From: Octopus sinensis
Taxonomy: Eukaryota
NCBI RefSeq assembly: GCF_006345805.1
Contig: NC_043000.1
Location: 100,254,001 to 100,318,000, forward strand
DNA length: 64,000 nucleotides
Direction: 5' to 3'
Every line of letters starts with the position of its first letter. Positions within the stretch are counted from its first letter, which is position 1. The notes under the pieces are model-generated. The model saw only the letters and a program-made list of their open reading frames with translations, made no database searches and was not told the DNA's origin. Positions 14,101-26,951 of this stretch are shown piece by piece. The position numbers and the translations under genes were made by a program.

Positions 14101-14334
14101 ACGCTTATTTCAGAATCATCTTCACCAACAGCATCAGATGAGTTTCCAGTATCAGTCTCCACATCAGATAAAGAAGAGGTTTCATTTTCGGGTGCCATAA
14201 CCAGATACATCTGACCATTGACATTTTTGGTGCACAACCGAAGAGATTTATCATCATCAGAGTCAAAGTCAGTTGCATCTGTTTCTTCTTTTAATTTCTT
14301 ACTGTTTTTATTTTTAGCCTTCATTTCAAGTTTC
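8112..14334 (-). CDS. Giant, probably terminal, coding exon of an uncharacterised nuclear protein; S/T/P/V/N-rich disordered region of ~2070 aa
   Basis: 2081-codon open frame 8112-14357. Acceptor ctttattttcag|G at 14335/14334 (phase 2), so the ORF-track ATG is probably intronic. Motifs IKKE, IKSE, LKTE, VKQE, IKSE (SUMO consensus) and KRKASDYRRESRKMK (NLS-like). No recognisable folded domain or transposase/RT motif. Confidence 0.88.
9250..9920 (-). repeat. Coding 27-bp (9-aa) minisatellite: QT-motif units followed by near-identical NLIRPAQEV units
   Basis: tttacttcttgagctggccgaattaaa repeated at about 9515-9630; flanking units NSxQTDxxE keep the 9-aa register. Confidence 0.9.
9960..10570 (-). 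repeat. Coding 30-bp (10-aa) minisatellite, IKP(V/M)VSSLAD consensus, degenerating towards the C-terminus
   Basis: ggttttatgtcagctaatgatgaaaccatt in about 5 near-identical copies at 10411-10560, plus degenerate SKPVV/PQP units. Confidence 0.9.
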
Positions 14335-15792
14335 CTGAAAATAAAGATAATTGCCATTAATGGTAATGATGATGTAATTGTTTATTAAGGATGAAACAGC
14401 AGATATTTAGGAGAAAGATTTTTAGTGCGTAATAACAATAATGATTTTGTATATGGGTACATGGAGTGAGGATGTTGAAGACAGAACAAGAACAAAATGT
14501 AAAAACTTCAGGGATTTACATCAGGTAAAAAGTTGAGAACAACAATAAAGTGACATTAATAAATAATAAAGAACAAAATAACAAATATACTCAAAATGGC
14601 AAAATTGGAGTCAATCTGATTGGGGATACTCAAACAAATTTGAATTACCCTGACATAAAGGCAAGTATCTTTTCCAACCTACAGCCATATAATTAAGTTG
14701 TAAATCCATTTAGTCACAATAATTCAGGTACTCTTACACACCTTTCAAACAATTTACTAGAGGGTAACACTTGACTTGCTACCCTCACTTTCTTTTTCAA
14801 ATAGTTGTAGGGAGCTTGATCTGAAAGGAAAAACTGCTTACAAACCTTTTAAGCATGTCCTCTAGACAATCTTATCAGGTAGAAGAAGACAACTGGCTCT
14901 TCTCTGCCACAAGATGACATTGGATTGATTTTCACAGTAGACTGAGCTAATAGCTGAATCTGTCCAACGAATGATATCAGTTGTTTGACATATCACAACT
15001 CAAAAACAGTGAGACACTAACTGAGTGTTGCACTAGAGGGTTTTTCCCACTCTACATGCATCTTGGACATGTTTAGTTACTGGCAGCTTACCTCAGTCCA
15101 GTGAACACCTGACAATACTCCTGATGCCAAATGTCAAGCCTCAGTTTGCACTTAACCCAAGAATACAGTTTGGCCCCCAAAAAAAGATATGGAAAAAGCA
15201 TATCTTTCAATGACCACGTCTAGGCACAGTTGCCACTCAGGCATTTCTGTAAATGTTGCAACCTTCATGCATTATCAGCTTTGGAATCCCAAGATCCAAT
15301 GGAATAAATGCTGATAATAGGATTCCTGATCAGTTAAACTTACTCTTTCTAGAAGAAATGAAAAGACACATGCTTCAATTCAGTCAGATGTTTCCAGGAA
15401 CATAAGTAGATGTTAGCCATCACTACATAATCTTTTAGGCCCAAATTTCTGTTTCCATTTCTGACAGAGACTGGCCACTCTGCTCCCAACTTCTTCAAAA
15501 TTTATTCACTTGGAGAATTGAACTGAACTAGACTGAATACTTTAATGCTCAAAATAGCATATGATAAGAATCCACCTAACAATATGTATTTGTCAGTCCT
15601 ATAACACTTTAAACTGCCCGACTCACAATGCTCTTATTTTTATTTATTTTAAGGTGAAGTTATGCACTCTCTCATATAAAAGAGTACTGTAAAGTCTGCT
15701 ATTAAAATCAAAGCATGTGTTATGGAATTTTTATGGTTTATTTTCAAAGTATTTTACATCAAATCATAATATATGATTCTAAGAAAGCTTAC

Positions 15793-15836
15793 TTGTAAAT
15801 TTCATAAGGAAAATGTAGGGACATGGTGTACCTATT
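15793..15836 (-). CDS. Candidate small coding exon, (NR)YTMSLHFPYEIYK, directly upstream of the giant exon
   Basis: Acceptor cttggtttttag (alternative aatag 5 nt further in), donor AA|gtaagc; ends in phase 2, matching the giant exon start (AA+G = Lys). Confidence 0.55.
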
Positions 15837-16517
15837 CTAAAAACCAAGATATAGTCAATTTTATATATTTATTATAGCTTTAAAATGAATGACTTTTATA
15901 TTTTTGTGGCATTTGATCCACATAATCTTCACTTTCAAAAATACTAAAATTGAATACATGGGAAAAAAGATTAATTTTCACTTTTCACAATAATGATTTC
16001 TAACATAGGAATAAAACCCAAATACAAACATGAAATTCATAAATGACAGTACAATTATATCAGAGACGCATGCATAAACACATATTCCCTCATAGATAAA
16101 GGCATATGCACACACATAAATGAATAGATACATAATGTACATGCTAAATCTCAAGGATGTAATTGGTGAAGTTTGCTATGACTAGTAATGTTACATTGGT
16201 CAAATAATTATAATTTTCAAATTTCATTGTGCTTACTCAAAATAATGAAACATACGAATTTTTCAAAAACAAATTTCTTATTTGTATATTTGCAATAAAT
16301 ATGTAATAAAGATATTATCAATAACAATAATGTTTCACAATCAATTACACAGATAACATGTTAATTCCATATATATTATTAGCATGACCAAGCAACCTAC
16401 AATGAAGATTATTACCACTGAGGACTGATATTTCATATATTATCTCTCCTCACAGACACATACAGGTTTATAGAAGCATAACTTAAAAGTTAGTAAATAT
16501 CAAAATTTTTCTCCTTG

Positions 16518-16552
<35 letters not shown>

Positions 16553-16554
<2 letters not shown>

Positions 16555-16780
16555 CATCATCGCTTAACATCCACTTTCCCTGCTGGCATAGGTTGGACGG
16601 TTTGACTGAAGCTGGGGAACTGCACCAAATTCCAATCTGATTTGGCAAGGTTTCTATGGCTGGATACCCTTCCTCCAAGAGTGCAGTGGGTGCCTTTTAT
16701 GTGCCAATGGCACAAGTGCCAGCATCAGCCACAACCATGATCATGCTAGAACAGTGCTTTTTACCTGCCACCAACATGAT
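16553..16780 (-). mobile_element. RTE-tail SINE / RTE 3'UTR fragment
   Basis: atcatcatcgcttaacatccactttcc...ggttggacgg family signature next to (TA)n. Confidence 0.75.
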
Positions 16781-16816
16781 ACTATTTTTGTTAAAGAATA
16801 AGATTATATATATATA

Positions 16817-17191
16817 CTAGCAGTATCGCCCGGCGTTGCTCAGGTTTGTAAGGAAATAACTATAAAGCATTTTTAGAGAGTTATAGCCAAAAAACAGGAA
16901 AAAAATGATGGTAAATTTTTTTTTTGAGATTTAAAAAAGGTGGAGTTGCGTCCCCTAGACAGTTTGTGGTTCGTATTCCTGACTCTCGACCCCATGTCGA
17001 ATTTATCGATTTTTTTCAGAACTGGGGGAACTTTTCAAAATTTTCGCTGTGTTAGTTTTGAATTATGACATTGGGCTATGTGTGTGTCAAGTTTCATCAG
17101 AATCGGTTGAAAGCCGTGGTCAGGGTGAGGGTACAAGCAAACAGACACACAGAAACACGCACAGACAAACTGCCGTTTATATAGAGAGAGA
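16817..17191 (-). mobile_element. Non-autonomous Helitron-like element
   Basis: On the minus strand: 5' TC start, 3' CTAG end preceded by a GC-rich hairpin (ctgagcaacgccgggcg), inserted between A and T. Confidence 0.7.
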
Positions 17192-17349
17192 TATATAACA
17201 AAGTTTGAAAACTTAGAATGGCAAAGGATAGAAGCTTGAGTCTGAAATAAGTGTAAGTCCCCAGTGACATAAAAAAAACTGTGTAGAACACAGCTCTCTG
17301 TGACGTTTACCATATTCTAAGTGAAATTACAAAATGAAAATATCCACAC

Positions 17350-17430
17350 AGAAACCGCTAAGTGACGGGGACGTGAACACGCCGGCGTCGGTTGTCGGAC
17401 GATGCTGGGGGGACAAACACAGACACACGA

Positions 17431-17475
<45 letters not shown>

Positions 17476-17692
17476 TATACGATGCCAGATCCCTCTGGCA
17501 CCTGTGCAGGTGGCACGTAAAAAGCACCCACTACACTCGCGGAGTGGTTGGCGTTAGGAATGGCATCCAGCTGTAGAAACACTGCCAGATCAGACTGGAG
17601 CCTGGAGCAGCCCCTGGCTCCCCAGACCCCGGTCGAACCATCCAACCCGTGCTAGCGCGGAAAACGAACGTTAAATGATGATGATGATGATG
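17350..17692 (+). mobile_element. Composite SINE fragment + (TA)n + RTE-tail element
   Basis: gctaagtgacggggacgtgaacac head (also at 53820-53860), then gcacgtaaaaagcacccactacactc...ttaaatgatgatgatg. Confidence 0.75.
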
Positions 17693-18231
17693 AAGGTAAT
17701 AGACATATTAGTAAAAATAGAAAAAAAAAAAAGAGAGATAAAGAAGCAGCATCACTGTGATGCCAAGAATCACTCAATGGCTAAACACAATTACGTTTTC
17801 AAATTTGTTGAAATCTGGCATAAGGGATAGATTTAGGAGAAGAAAATAAACTAAAACATGATAAACAAGTTTTTCAGCTAAATCCAACCAAACAGTTGTA
17901 AAATTACAAGTGATGTTATTTTCAGGTCAAGTGTTGACATGGCATTTTTCAAAATGTCATAAATTTTTCTGTGACTGTAGCTTAATTAAAGGAAGTATAC
18001 ATATATATTTGGAATCAGAATGATTTGAAGATTTGAAAATTGCCATTGTTTTTGGAGTAGGATGAAAAACAAAATTTATTTTATTAATAAATGAATATCA
18101 GAGGTGATCATTTGACATCTAGCACACTGAAGTTCAGAAAAATTCGATATCGACAAAAATGTTCCCCTATAATTTCTTAAGTATAATTAACCATTTAAAA
18201 AAATGTATGTGTATAGGACATTACATATAAC

Positions 18232-18515
18232 TTTGTGGCCCAGTAGTAAGGGTGTTGCACTCACAATGGCGAGATCATGGTTTCAGTTACTGGACTGGGT
18301 GTTGCATTGTTTTCTTGAGCAATATCTTCATCTCACGTTACTCAGTGATAACTTTGACATCTGGCGTGGCATATCATGCAACCATAGAGGCAACATTGAT
18401 TTGATGGAGGGAGTGAACTCAATGTACAGCACAAACATTTGATCACTATAAATAAAGCATCTGTACAGGATGTTCAGCAGCAAATTGTAGAACCCCCATC
18501 TGTTATGTACCACAG
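18232..18515 (+). mobile_element. tRNA-derived SINE (second family)
   Basis: gtggcccagtagtaagggtgttgcac A-box-like head; gatttgatggagggagtg...cacaaacatttgatcactataaa shared with 2360-2460. Confidence 0.6.
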
Positions 18516-19066
18516 GAGAGCCCACAACATGAGATTTAGTAATATCCACTTTTAGTATTCTTTCTACTATAAACATCTAATTCCACCTTATCTCATGATT
18601 TTGACATCTGACAGCTAGATGGATAGTATATAAAAAGATTTCTACAGATATATACCTATGTACTGTATACATTATTACAATATTATTATTTGGTTTTTGT
18701 TCATACATTATTTTGTATATTATTTTGGAATAGTGTCTTTATTGATTTTCATGTTATTTCCCATATCCCACCACTCCACACTATTTTGTACTGTCATATT
18801 TATTTTGTAATGATACAATGAAAGACTATTGACTATTTCATAGTACTTAACTTCTTACAAAATGTCTCAAACTAAAAAATTTAGCTTGGATCTAATAAAG
18901 AAAAAAAGAAAACTATATAAAGATGTAAAGAAATTTAATAAGGCCTTTATTCTTAGATGTCTTGGGCTATTATTGAAAGAAAATTCTCTGTTGCATATAA
19001 ATTGTCAGACATAGATATCAAAGGAACTGCATATTTTTAAATAATCAGCAAAGAAATATGACTCAC

Positions 19067-19116
19067 CATAGGAAAAAAACAATTACTTCAAAGAATCTGC
19101 ACAATTTTCCAAAGAC
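19067..19116 (-). CDS. Candidate small exon, VFGKLCRFFEVIVFFL(W)
   Basis: Strong donor ATG|gtgagt; only one open frame (phase 0 to 2); acceptor gtgtgtag is weak. Confidence 0.3.
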
Positions 19117-19454
19117 CTACACACTTCGTGAGAATATTCTTATCTACTTGTCCGATAAAAACTAGTAAGGTGTTTTTCATAGAAATAAAAAAATATTAAA
19201 TATCTATTATGTTGTCTATCTAATGATGATTAAATAAACATTAGTACACTGAATAATATTAGAATAAACCTAGTTTTATTCCAAGAATGTGATAAAACAG
19301 CTTCAATAAATTACACTCATGGTAGTCTATGTCTACAATGTTCACAGTCGGTATGACCCCTAAGCAGAAGACAAGACATAAAAGCTCCAAACTGTTTTGA
19401 GGACAACAAAGAAAATGAAATGATCTATAAGGTTGATATTCATTTTATTAAGCG

Positions 19455-19912
19455 GGGTGCAAAGAGCACCATACAAGTGTGATCGTTAACAGAGTGGCTA
19501 TTCGAGTATGATCGTTACCAGCATCACCTTACTGGCACCTATGCCTATGCTTGTAGGCTGCCAAGAGCACTATCCAAGCGTGATCGTTGCCAGAGCAGCC
19601 AACTGACTTCCTTACCCGTGGCACGTAAAAGGGCACCATTCGAGCATGATCATTACCAACGTCGCTTCACTGGTACCTGTGCCAGTGGCATGTGTAAAAA
19701 GATTCGAGCGAGGTTGTTGCCAGTGCCACCTGACTGGCACGTAAAAAGCACCCACTACACTCTCGGAGTGGTTGGCGTTAGGAAGGGCATCCAGCTATAG
19801 AAACTCTGCCAGATCAAGATTGGCACCTGGTGCAGCCATCTGGCTCGCTAGCCCTCAGTCAAAATCATCCAACCCATGCTAGCATGGAAAGCGAACATTA
19901 AACGATGATGAT
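19455..19912 (+). mobile_element. RTE-tail SINE with internal tandem gatcgtt repeats
   Basis: Same family as 5872-6400; ends in aaacgatgatgat. Confidence 0.8.
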
Positions 19913-20169
19913 AACTTGAACTCTACTTGGGAACTCTAATATAAATATACACACACATTTACATAGTAATATGTACAACAATATCTATATACACATATAT
20001 GCATAAATAATAATAAGTCGATAAGAATGTTGAGGTCATGGTAAGAAATTATTAGCTTAGTTCCACTCCGAATATAGATTCTATAGAGCTTATCATTTGA
20101 GCTCCAACTGCCTGATTTGGTATATAGTATAGATCCAGTTTGATTTTTATAAAATAAGTCCTCCAAATT

Positions 20170-21000
20170 TACCTATTTATATTCATTCTTTTACTGGTTT
20201 CAGTCATTAAACTAATAGTATCATGGAATGATTTATTCTGGAAAGCATTCAATACTAAAAGAGTAAGATAGTTGAGGTGACTAAGTAGTTGTAATTGTAA
20301 GGAAGAGGTGTAGTAATAGTAACAGACAAGGAGACGGGAGAAAGAGTAATTCCATATTAAGTAGCATGACATTTTTAGCATGATCAAGCAACTAACAACG
20401 ATTATTATTAGTATGAGATCTTGCCTTCTCATTTCTCTGCGAGCAGCGATCCTTCATCTCTCAACCTGTCTTCTAATCTCCTTCTCCTCTTCAGTCATTT
20501 GGGATCGCCTGATTGCAATTCTTCGTGCATTTTGTTCCCTCCTATGTTGAAGTTGCTCTTTTGATAAATGCTGTAAATATTCAGTATTTTGAATTCTCTT
20601 TCTTTCTCTGCTTTCATGCCTTTCATTTGCTCTATATCTGCGTGCACGCTCAGCTTTCATTTCTTTCTCTTGCTAGTCGAGTTTTCCTCTCTTCAGATGT
20701 CTCATAATCCATGTCTTCTGACTTCATGAAAAAGAGTTTTAAGTTCGAATGTGAGTTAGTAAAGGCAGCATTTAATTAATTTATTTACATATGCCTTATA
20801 CTATAGAAAATTTTGAAAAATGAAGAGCACGGGCATTTTTTTTATATGGTGAAGAAGGAAAGGTACTGGATTTAAAATTTTCATTATGTATTGTCAGATT
20901 TAGTCTAAATCTCAAAAAAATCTTTCCCCAATAACAATCATTGAGTAATTACTGATTATTTCCATGAGTAATTTAACATGAATAAATGAAAATATAATTA
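20170..21000 (-). mobile_element. Possible Helitron-like relic (charged R/E/Q-rich N-terminal fragment)
   Basis: ORF 20454-20660, RYRANERHESRERKRIQNTEYLQHLSKEQLQHRREQNARR, resembles the STPR-like repeats upstream of Helitron Rep; no Rep or helicase motif visible. Confidence 0.4.
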
Positions 21001-21349
21001 AGTAAAAATTTCCAATTTGTTAACTATATATAACGATGATGTTATCAATCTATATTATTATTCTGCTTTCCAGAGCATGCGTTTAAGTGTCATGATGTAA
21101 ACAACTTTAAATGGAATAAAAACACTATGGAATAAAAACAGAGATATAATTTAAGTCTCTAGCATAGTGATACAATGTTATGAAGATAAAATTTTATCCA
21201 TGGAAACAATAATACTGCTTCACTCTCAGTTACAAATCTAATATATGAAGTAGAATGACCAGGCTATGCATGTAAATATGTTGAAAATAAAGACTTCTCT
21301 AATGGAAGGATCTAAGCCTCTCTCTCCAAGTGAAAGGCAGATTGTGTAT

Positions 21350-21670
21350 GAACAGCAATGCTACATGGTACTGCAAAGTGAGTAGAAAGAAATAAAGCAA
21401 GCATACTCCACCGGATGTGCAATGTCATGTACATGTATGACAAAGGGCAAATGTATTGAAAGAAAAATTGAGTGTAATAGGAGTCAGTATATTGTGCAAG
21501 AGACAAGACTGCATTGGTATCATCATGCAATGCATATGGAATTTGTGGAAGGGGAGACGCAGGGAAAAGTAGCAAAACCAAGCATGTGACGTTGAACCAA
21601 ATGGAGATGATAAAAGACCAAGAGGATTGGTGATTTGCTGCCTTGAAAAGATCCATCCATCTAGGTAAAT
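21350..21670 (+). mobile_element. Degenerate RTE LINE ORF 3' fragment
   Basis: gtgcaagagacaagactgcattggtatc...gacc...tggtgatttgctg parallels 40245-40460. Confidence 0.65.
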
Positions 21671-22502
21671 TATCACTTTATTTTCCACTCAATATCCTTT
21701 TCCTATGACTTTATCCATAACACTCTCTCATACCTGCTATCATTTTCAACACCTTCTCCATCTTTGTTCATCATTCACTATACTCACCCTATGCATCATT
21801 CTCACATCTGTCCCTGTGCATCCATCTTTTTCACCCTATAGTTCGTTTTAGCTCCCCATTTCTCACCTATCTATGGTTTTATTATACTCCCACTCTCCAT
21901 TCCACTTTTTTGTGCTGCCACTTATCTCCTCTTTTTCCCGGACCAACTCCTATTTCTTTCACCTACAACCCCCAAACTGATATCCACCATTGAAAATGCC
22001 TCCATTCCTACTAACTGTTCACTACATTTATTTCTCTCCATCTCTAAGCATCAATCTTTCACCTTGCACACTTTTGCAAACCTTCCCACGTCCTTATTCT
22101 CTCTTACATTCACTTTCTTATAACTTGAAGGTATGCCCTGACAACTTATCATCACCATCTTTTTCTCCCTTTCCAAATGGGGTAGGCATGTATCTCCTCC
22201 ACAACAAGACACCTGTTTCTGTCCCTCTATCATACTTTAGCCTCATAATACCTAGCAAAAAGCTAACTCCCTCAATACTACACCTCCACTCAGTTGAGTG
22301 GGTCTTGCTTTGCAAGTTACTAGGTGACCCCATTAGTGCCGGTGCCATGTGAAAAGCACTCCGTACTCTCTATCAAGTGGCTGGCATCAGGAAAGGCATC
22401 TAGCTATAGAAATGATACAAAAATAGGCAATGGAGTCCTGTGGTTCATCAGATCCTGTCAAACAATCCAAACCATGCCAGTAGGGAAGATGGACATTAAA
22501 TG

Positions 22503-22675
22503 TATTTCTTTACTGCCCACAAGGGGCTAAACATAGAGGGGACAAACAAGGATAGACAAAGGGATTAAGTCGATTACATTGACCCCAGTTGGAAACTGGT
22601 ACTTTATTTATCGACCCCGAAAGGATGAAAGGCAAAGTCAACCTCGGCGGAATTTGAACTCAGAACGTAACGACA
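22503..22675 (-). mobile_element. 5'-truncated Meta-type SINE inserted into the tail of an RTE-tail element, with a 14-bp TSD
   Basis: atggacattaaatg at both 22489-22502 and 22676-22689; the insert is the reverse complement of part of 2955-3120. Confidence 0.85.
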
Positions 22676-23094
22676 ATGGACATTAAATGATGATGAGGAC
22701 ACTGACAGTGAAAACAGTATTATTACGGTAAACTTAAAATGCTGTTGACAATGGGCATTCTTATCATAAAGCAAATTACAGGTAAAGGAGTGTTAGATCT
22801 TTAATTTTAATCATGCGTTATGTTTGGTCTGAATTCTAAATATGCACGACATAATGGTTTCTAATCTAGGCACAAGGCCAGCAATTTTGAGGGGAAGGAA
22901 GTTAGTCAATACTAACAGATACAAGGTTGGTACTTCATTTCATTTATCACAAAAAGGTGAAAGGCAAAGTTTACTTCAGCATTCAACTCAGGATGTTAAC
23001 AGCAGGAACAAATACTGCAAATCTTGTTTTCCCTGATTTTGCACTAATGATTTTGCTAGATCTAGCATAATAATTGCACACAAGGTACATAATC

Positions 23095-23390
23095 ATCATC
23101 ATCACCATCTAATGCCTGTTTTCCATGCTAACATGAGATGGATGTCTTGACAGGAGCTGGCAAGGTCAGAGGCAACATCAAGTTCCATAGTCTGTTTTGG
23201 TTTGGTTTCTACAGCTAGATATCCTTCCGAACACCAACCACTTTACAGTGTATAGTGGGTGCTTTGTACATAGCAGCATCACTAGTGTTTTTTTACATGG
23301 CACCAGCACCAGTGCTTTTCACGTGACACCAGCACCAGTGCTTTTCACGTGACACCAGCACCAGTGCTTTTTATGTGGCACCAGTACCAA
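23095..23390 (-). mobile_element. RTE-tail element carrying an internal 26-bp tandem repeat
   Basis: caccagcaccagtgcttttcacgtga in about 4 copies at 23285-23390. Confidence 0.75.
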
Positions 23391-23944
23391 CAATGTAAAT
23401 TAAAATGGCAGTTAAGCACAAAAATGTTAAATCCATTTTCAGTATATTTCATGAGGTGTCAACATTTTTGGTGAACACTTATGACCTGTTCACTGGCACA
23501 GTTCTACTGCAGATGTCGTAAAGCCTGAAAATAGTCAGTTCTTATACGTTTCAGTTCTATATTCATTTGTTTCTTTGGTGTTAAATTAAGAGACAAAGGA
23601 TTAGTTTTAGTCATATTGGTTGACATAGACAACTTCATGACATGCCATGCTTAGTCACTTTCAGGTTTTATTCTTTTGCCTGTCATCATCATTCCACTTG
23701 TGTTTCTCTGTGTATACATACACGCACACACGTGTGTGTGTGTGTGTGCATGCATGTGTCTGCATGCATAGACTTTATCATTTAAATTAACTTTAGTTCT
23801 GATTTATGCCAATATTCCCAGATTAACTCATGTCTATTTGCTTACCACTTTCTTTGTAACAACACATTTAAAATAATATAATCTACACAGAAGAAATCTA
23901 ATTTCTATACACTTTTTCTACTATACAGAAATATACTTATATAC

Positions 23945-23979
23945 CTCATATGATGAAGAAGTAGACATAAATTCTAAAA
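23945..23979 (-). CDS. Candidate 35-nt exon, xLEFMSTSSSYE
   Basis: Long pure polypyrimidine tract ending ctcttctag; donor GAG|gtatat; ends in phase 0, compatible with 19116. Confidence 0.35.
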
Positions 23980-26852
23980 CTAGAAGAGAAAGACAAGAAG
24001 AAAAAGACAAAAAGAGAGAAGACATGATGATCAAAAGAAATGAGCTGGAATGTGACTAATTATAACTCACCAATGACTGATGTTGTGAGGTCAAAGTCAA
24101 TCAATAAATCTATATTTGAAGGAAAACGAAAACAAAAGAATAAAAGAAACTGAGGCCTGTAAGAACTGGCCTTTAACAAACTTTCAAACAGCTGCGGTTA
24201 CATGACAAACATTTCGATAAATTCACTTTTAATTTGATGAAGTAACAAGTTTTGTGTGTTATTAGATGATTAGAATGACACTTTCAATTGCTTCAGTTTC
24301 AATACATCTTGGATCAAGTCATCCGATCAGCAAATATATTTCCTATATTAAAATAAATATCTTATTCGTAATAAATTTGGAATAAATATGTCAAAATTAA
24401 ATGATAAATTTCTCATTTGTAGATTTGCAATAAACATTATCAATAACATTAATACTGTTTAACTATCAATTAATTACAAATGTAACATATTGATTCCATA
24501 AAAGTGTTGCATGGTGTTTTTTGAATGACCAGGCAACTAACAATTATTTGTATTGATTTAATGAATAACGAAGTTAAACATGTGCTAGTTTGTTGGATAT
24601 ACGCTGTGTTGTGCTAACATGTGTGAGTATTCACATGTAAAAATATAAAAACATATATCCTCTAAATATATTGGGTGTGAAACCAATAGTCCTTAGCTTA
24701 ACAACAGCTACTGTTATCACTACTTATTCAGTGGATTTCATCTAATCTTAGCTATTCATCAGCTGCTTTTGAAGACACTGGCAGAGAAAAATATGGAAGC
24801 ATTATATCTACAGCAAATATAAAAACACGTCCAATTGTCCATCTATATGAAATTTCCAACTTCCATCCAATCTAGTTAGACTGAATCAAAGCTGTATAAA
24901 CCACCTTACTTCAAAACCACTCCATAAACACACACACATATATACATGTAAAACAAAGTTTTTATTTGTCCAATTGGGTACAATTATTTTGTTATTTGTT
25001 CCACATAATAATTCTTTGATATATGAAGGACTAGCTTTTCCTCTAGCATTATCACTGGAATACAAAAAAAAAATTTAATGAAACAAACAAATAAATAAAG
25101 TAGTAAATCATTTATCATTCCCTCACACACACACGTTTATGCAAACACAGACACACAACAAAATGTTTAAACAACTGCCAAATATTCTGACCAGAACCTT
25201 CCATCTTTTCCGTGTAAATAAATCAATAAAACATCTCCACCATCTACGTGAATGTTAGTGTCTTTTATCACTTCATATCACTAACCATATATTCTGCATA
25301 TTTATGTTAACTACAACAACAAAGCAAGAAACATTGAAGGGATGGGGTATACAAGTGTATGGTGGTGCTGCAGCCGAAGATGAAGACGGTTCCAATATTT
25401 CAAGCATACAAGTTAGTTCATCAGATATATATTTCCTCTCCTCCACCATTTATTCAGAACATTTTACTACCATAAACCAAATGACAAACACAACAAAATA
25501 GAACTCACACAAATAGCAATGAAATCCATAAATCAACCATTTTCACATCAAATCAGTTTTGTGTTGCCTTTGGCATTATTATTATTATTATCATTAGTAG
25601 TAGTAGTAGTACTAGCAGCAGTAGTATTGGCACACTCTGATAAGATCACTCTCTTCATCATGCAGTCCACACACAACACTACCATTCCAGACAACTCCAC
25701 CTAAAACCATTAACTGTGTAATATTTCCTACTGCTTTCATCTAACTCATTACCATCACTACAACTTAGTTAAAAACTGATGCCCAAATTTCATTTGTTAT
25801 GTTTTTGTTGCCACAATCTAAATTTAAAAAAAAAAATATATCTTAGCTTTATATTGATACTCAATTTATGGAGTCATTACACACACCTGGCAATGCTGCC
25901 ATTTTATATTCTCTCCTATAATTTTCTTTAATCTGTTAATGAAATTACAATTACATATGTTAGTGAGGGATAGTTGTGCTGGTTGGTTCATGATTTAGTA
26001 AGATATTTGCAAGTGAAAATTTGTCAGCAGCCCAGCCATTTTTTTTTTCTGAGAGGAGTGAGAGACAATCAGTTTGTATGTAACAATTGTGTTTCCTAAA
26101 AATGAAAGCTATATCCTGAAGGATGGAAAAGTATTTAGGCCCAGGTCAATGCTAGCTAAGTAGACAAGATTCAGGCTGTGACTACCCACCCTTGTCAGAA
26201 GTATCCAATACTGTTATCCAATGTTCTTCTTTTAGGTATAATGTGATCTGAGGGGAAATTTTGCTGCTGTTTCTACATTGTAAAGGTTAGTATGTGCAAA
26301 AGTGCCCTACTCAAGTGGACTACAGAGTCCCAAATTATGACTTATTTGTACTACTTGGTCAAATCTTTTAAATCAGATTCATACTGGATTAATACTGGCT
26401 GAAATCAAACCTCATAGACAACTAATAAACTAAAACACAGATTGATGACAGATATAACCAGCTAGTTCATATTGCCAAACAGAAAGTAAAAGATGTCCAC
26501 TATATACATATTACATATTGCTCAAATGTCAGAACCCATTAATTTTGGGAGCAGTGTGTTTTGAAAAAAAAAAAACAGGTAGCAAGCTGCAAGGTACTGC
26601 GATATCCAGTTGACCTAAGGAGATATTAAGTAATTCTTGAATACTAAGATGAAAGGGAAGTTATTGATGACAAACAAATTTGTATTATAGATGTGTGTGT
26701 ACAAACACAGGTGTGCAAAAGAAAAAAAGAGGAGGGGAAAGAGAGAGAGATAGAGAGAGAGAGAGAGAAAGAGAGAGATCGTATATTTTGAAGACAATGA
26801 GAAACTGAAAACTTTCAGATAATTTACATGCTAGATAATGATGAATTCTTAC

Positions 26853-26951
26853 AGCTGCAGGTCATATATTTTGGAAAGGAATAGAGTCAATTCAGTTATA
26901 GGATTTAAGAAAGAAGTGAAGTGCAGAATTTGTAGATTAGTGGACAAAATG
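26853..26951 (-). CDS. Candidate 99-nt exon, ILSTNLQILHFTSFLNPITELTLFLSKIYDLQ
   Basis: atgttacag acceptor, CT|gtaaga donor, single open frame. Confidence 0.25.

Noticed and set aside
14335-14357. ATG start MAIIFIF of the 2081-aa ORF
   Set aside because: Lies in a polypyrimidine tract ending in ttttcag; better explained as intron.
15097-15250. Strong donor GAG|gtaag with an upstream acceptor
   Set aside because: All three frames contain stops and the region looks like a decayed LINE.
24024-24083. ATGATGA...CTGA with a short terminal stem (C/D snoRNA-like)
   Set aside because: On the strand opposite the host gene, short, no recognisable rRNA guide; these motifs are frequent by chance in this genome.
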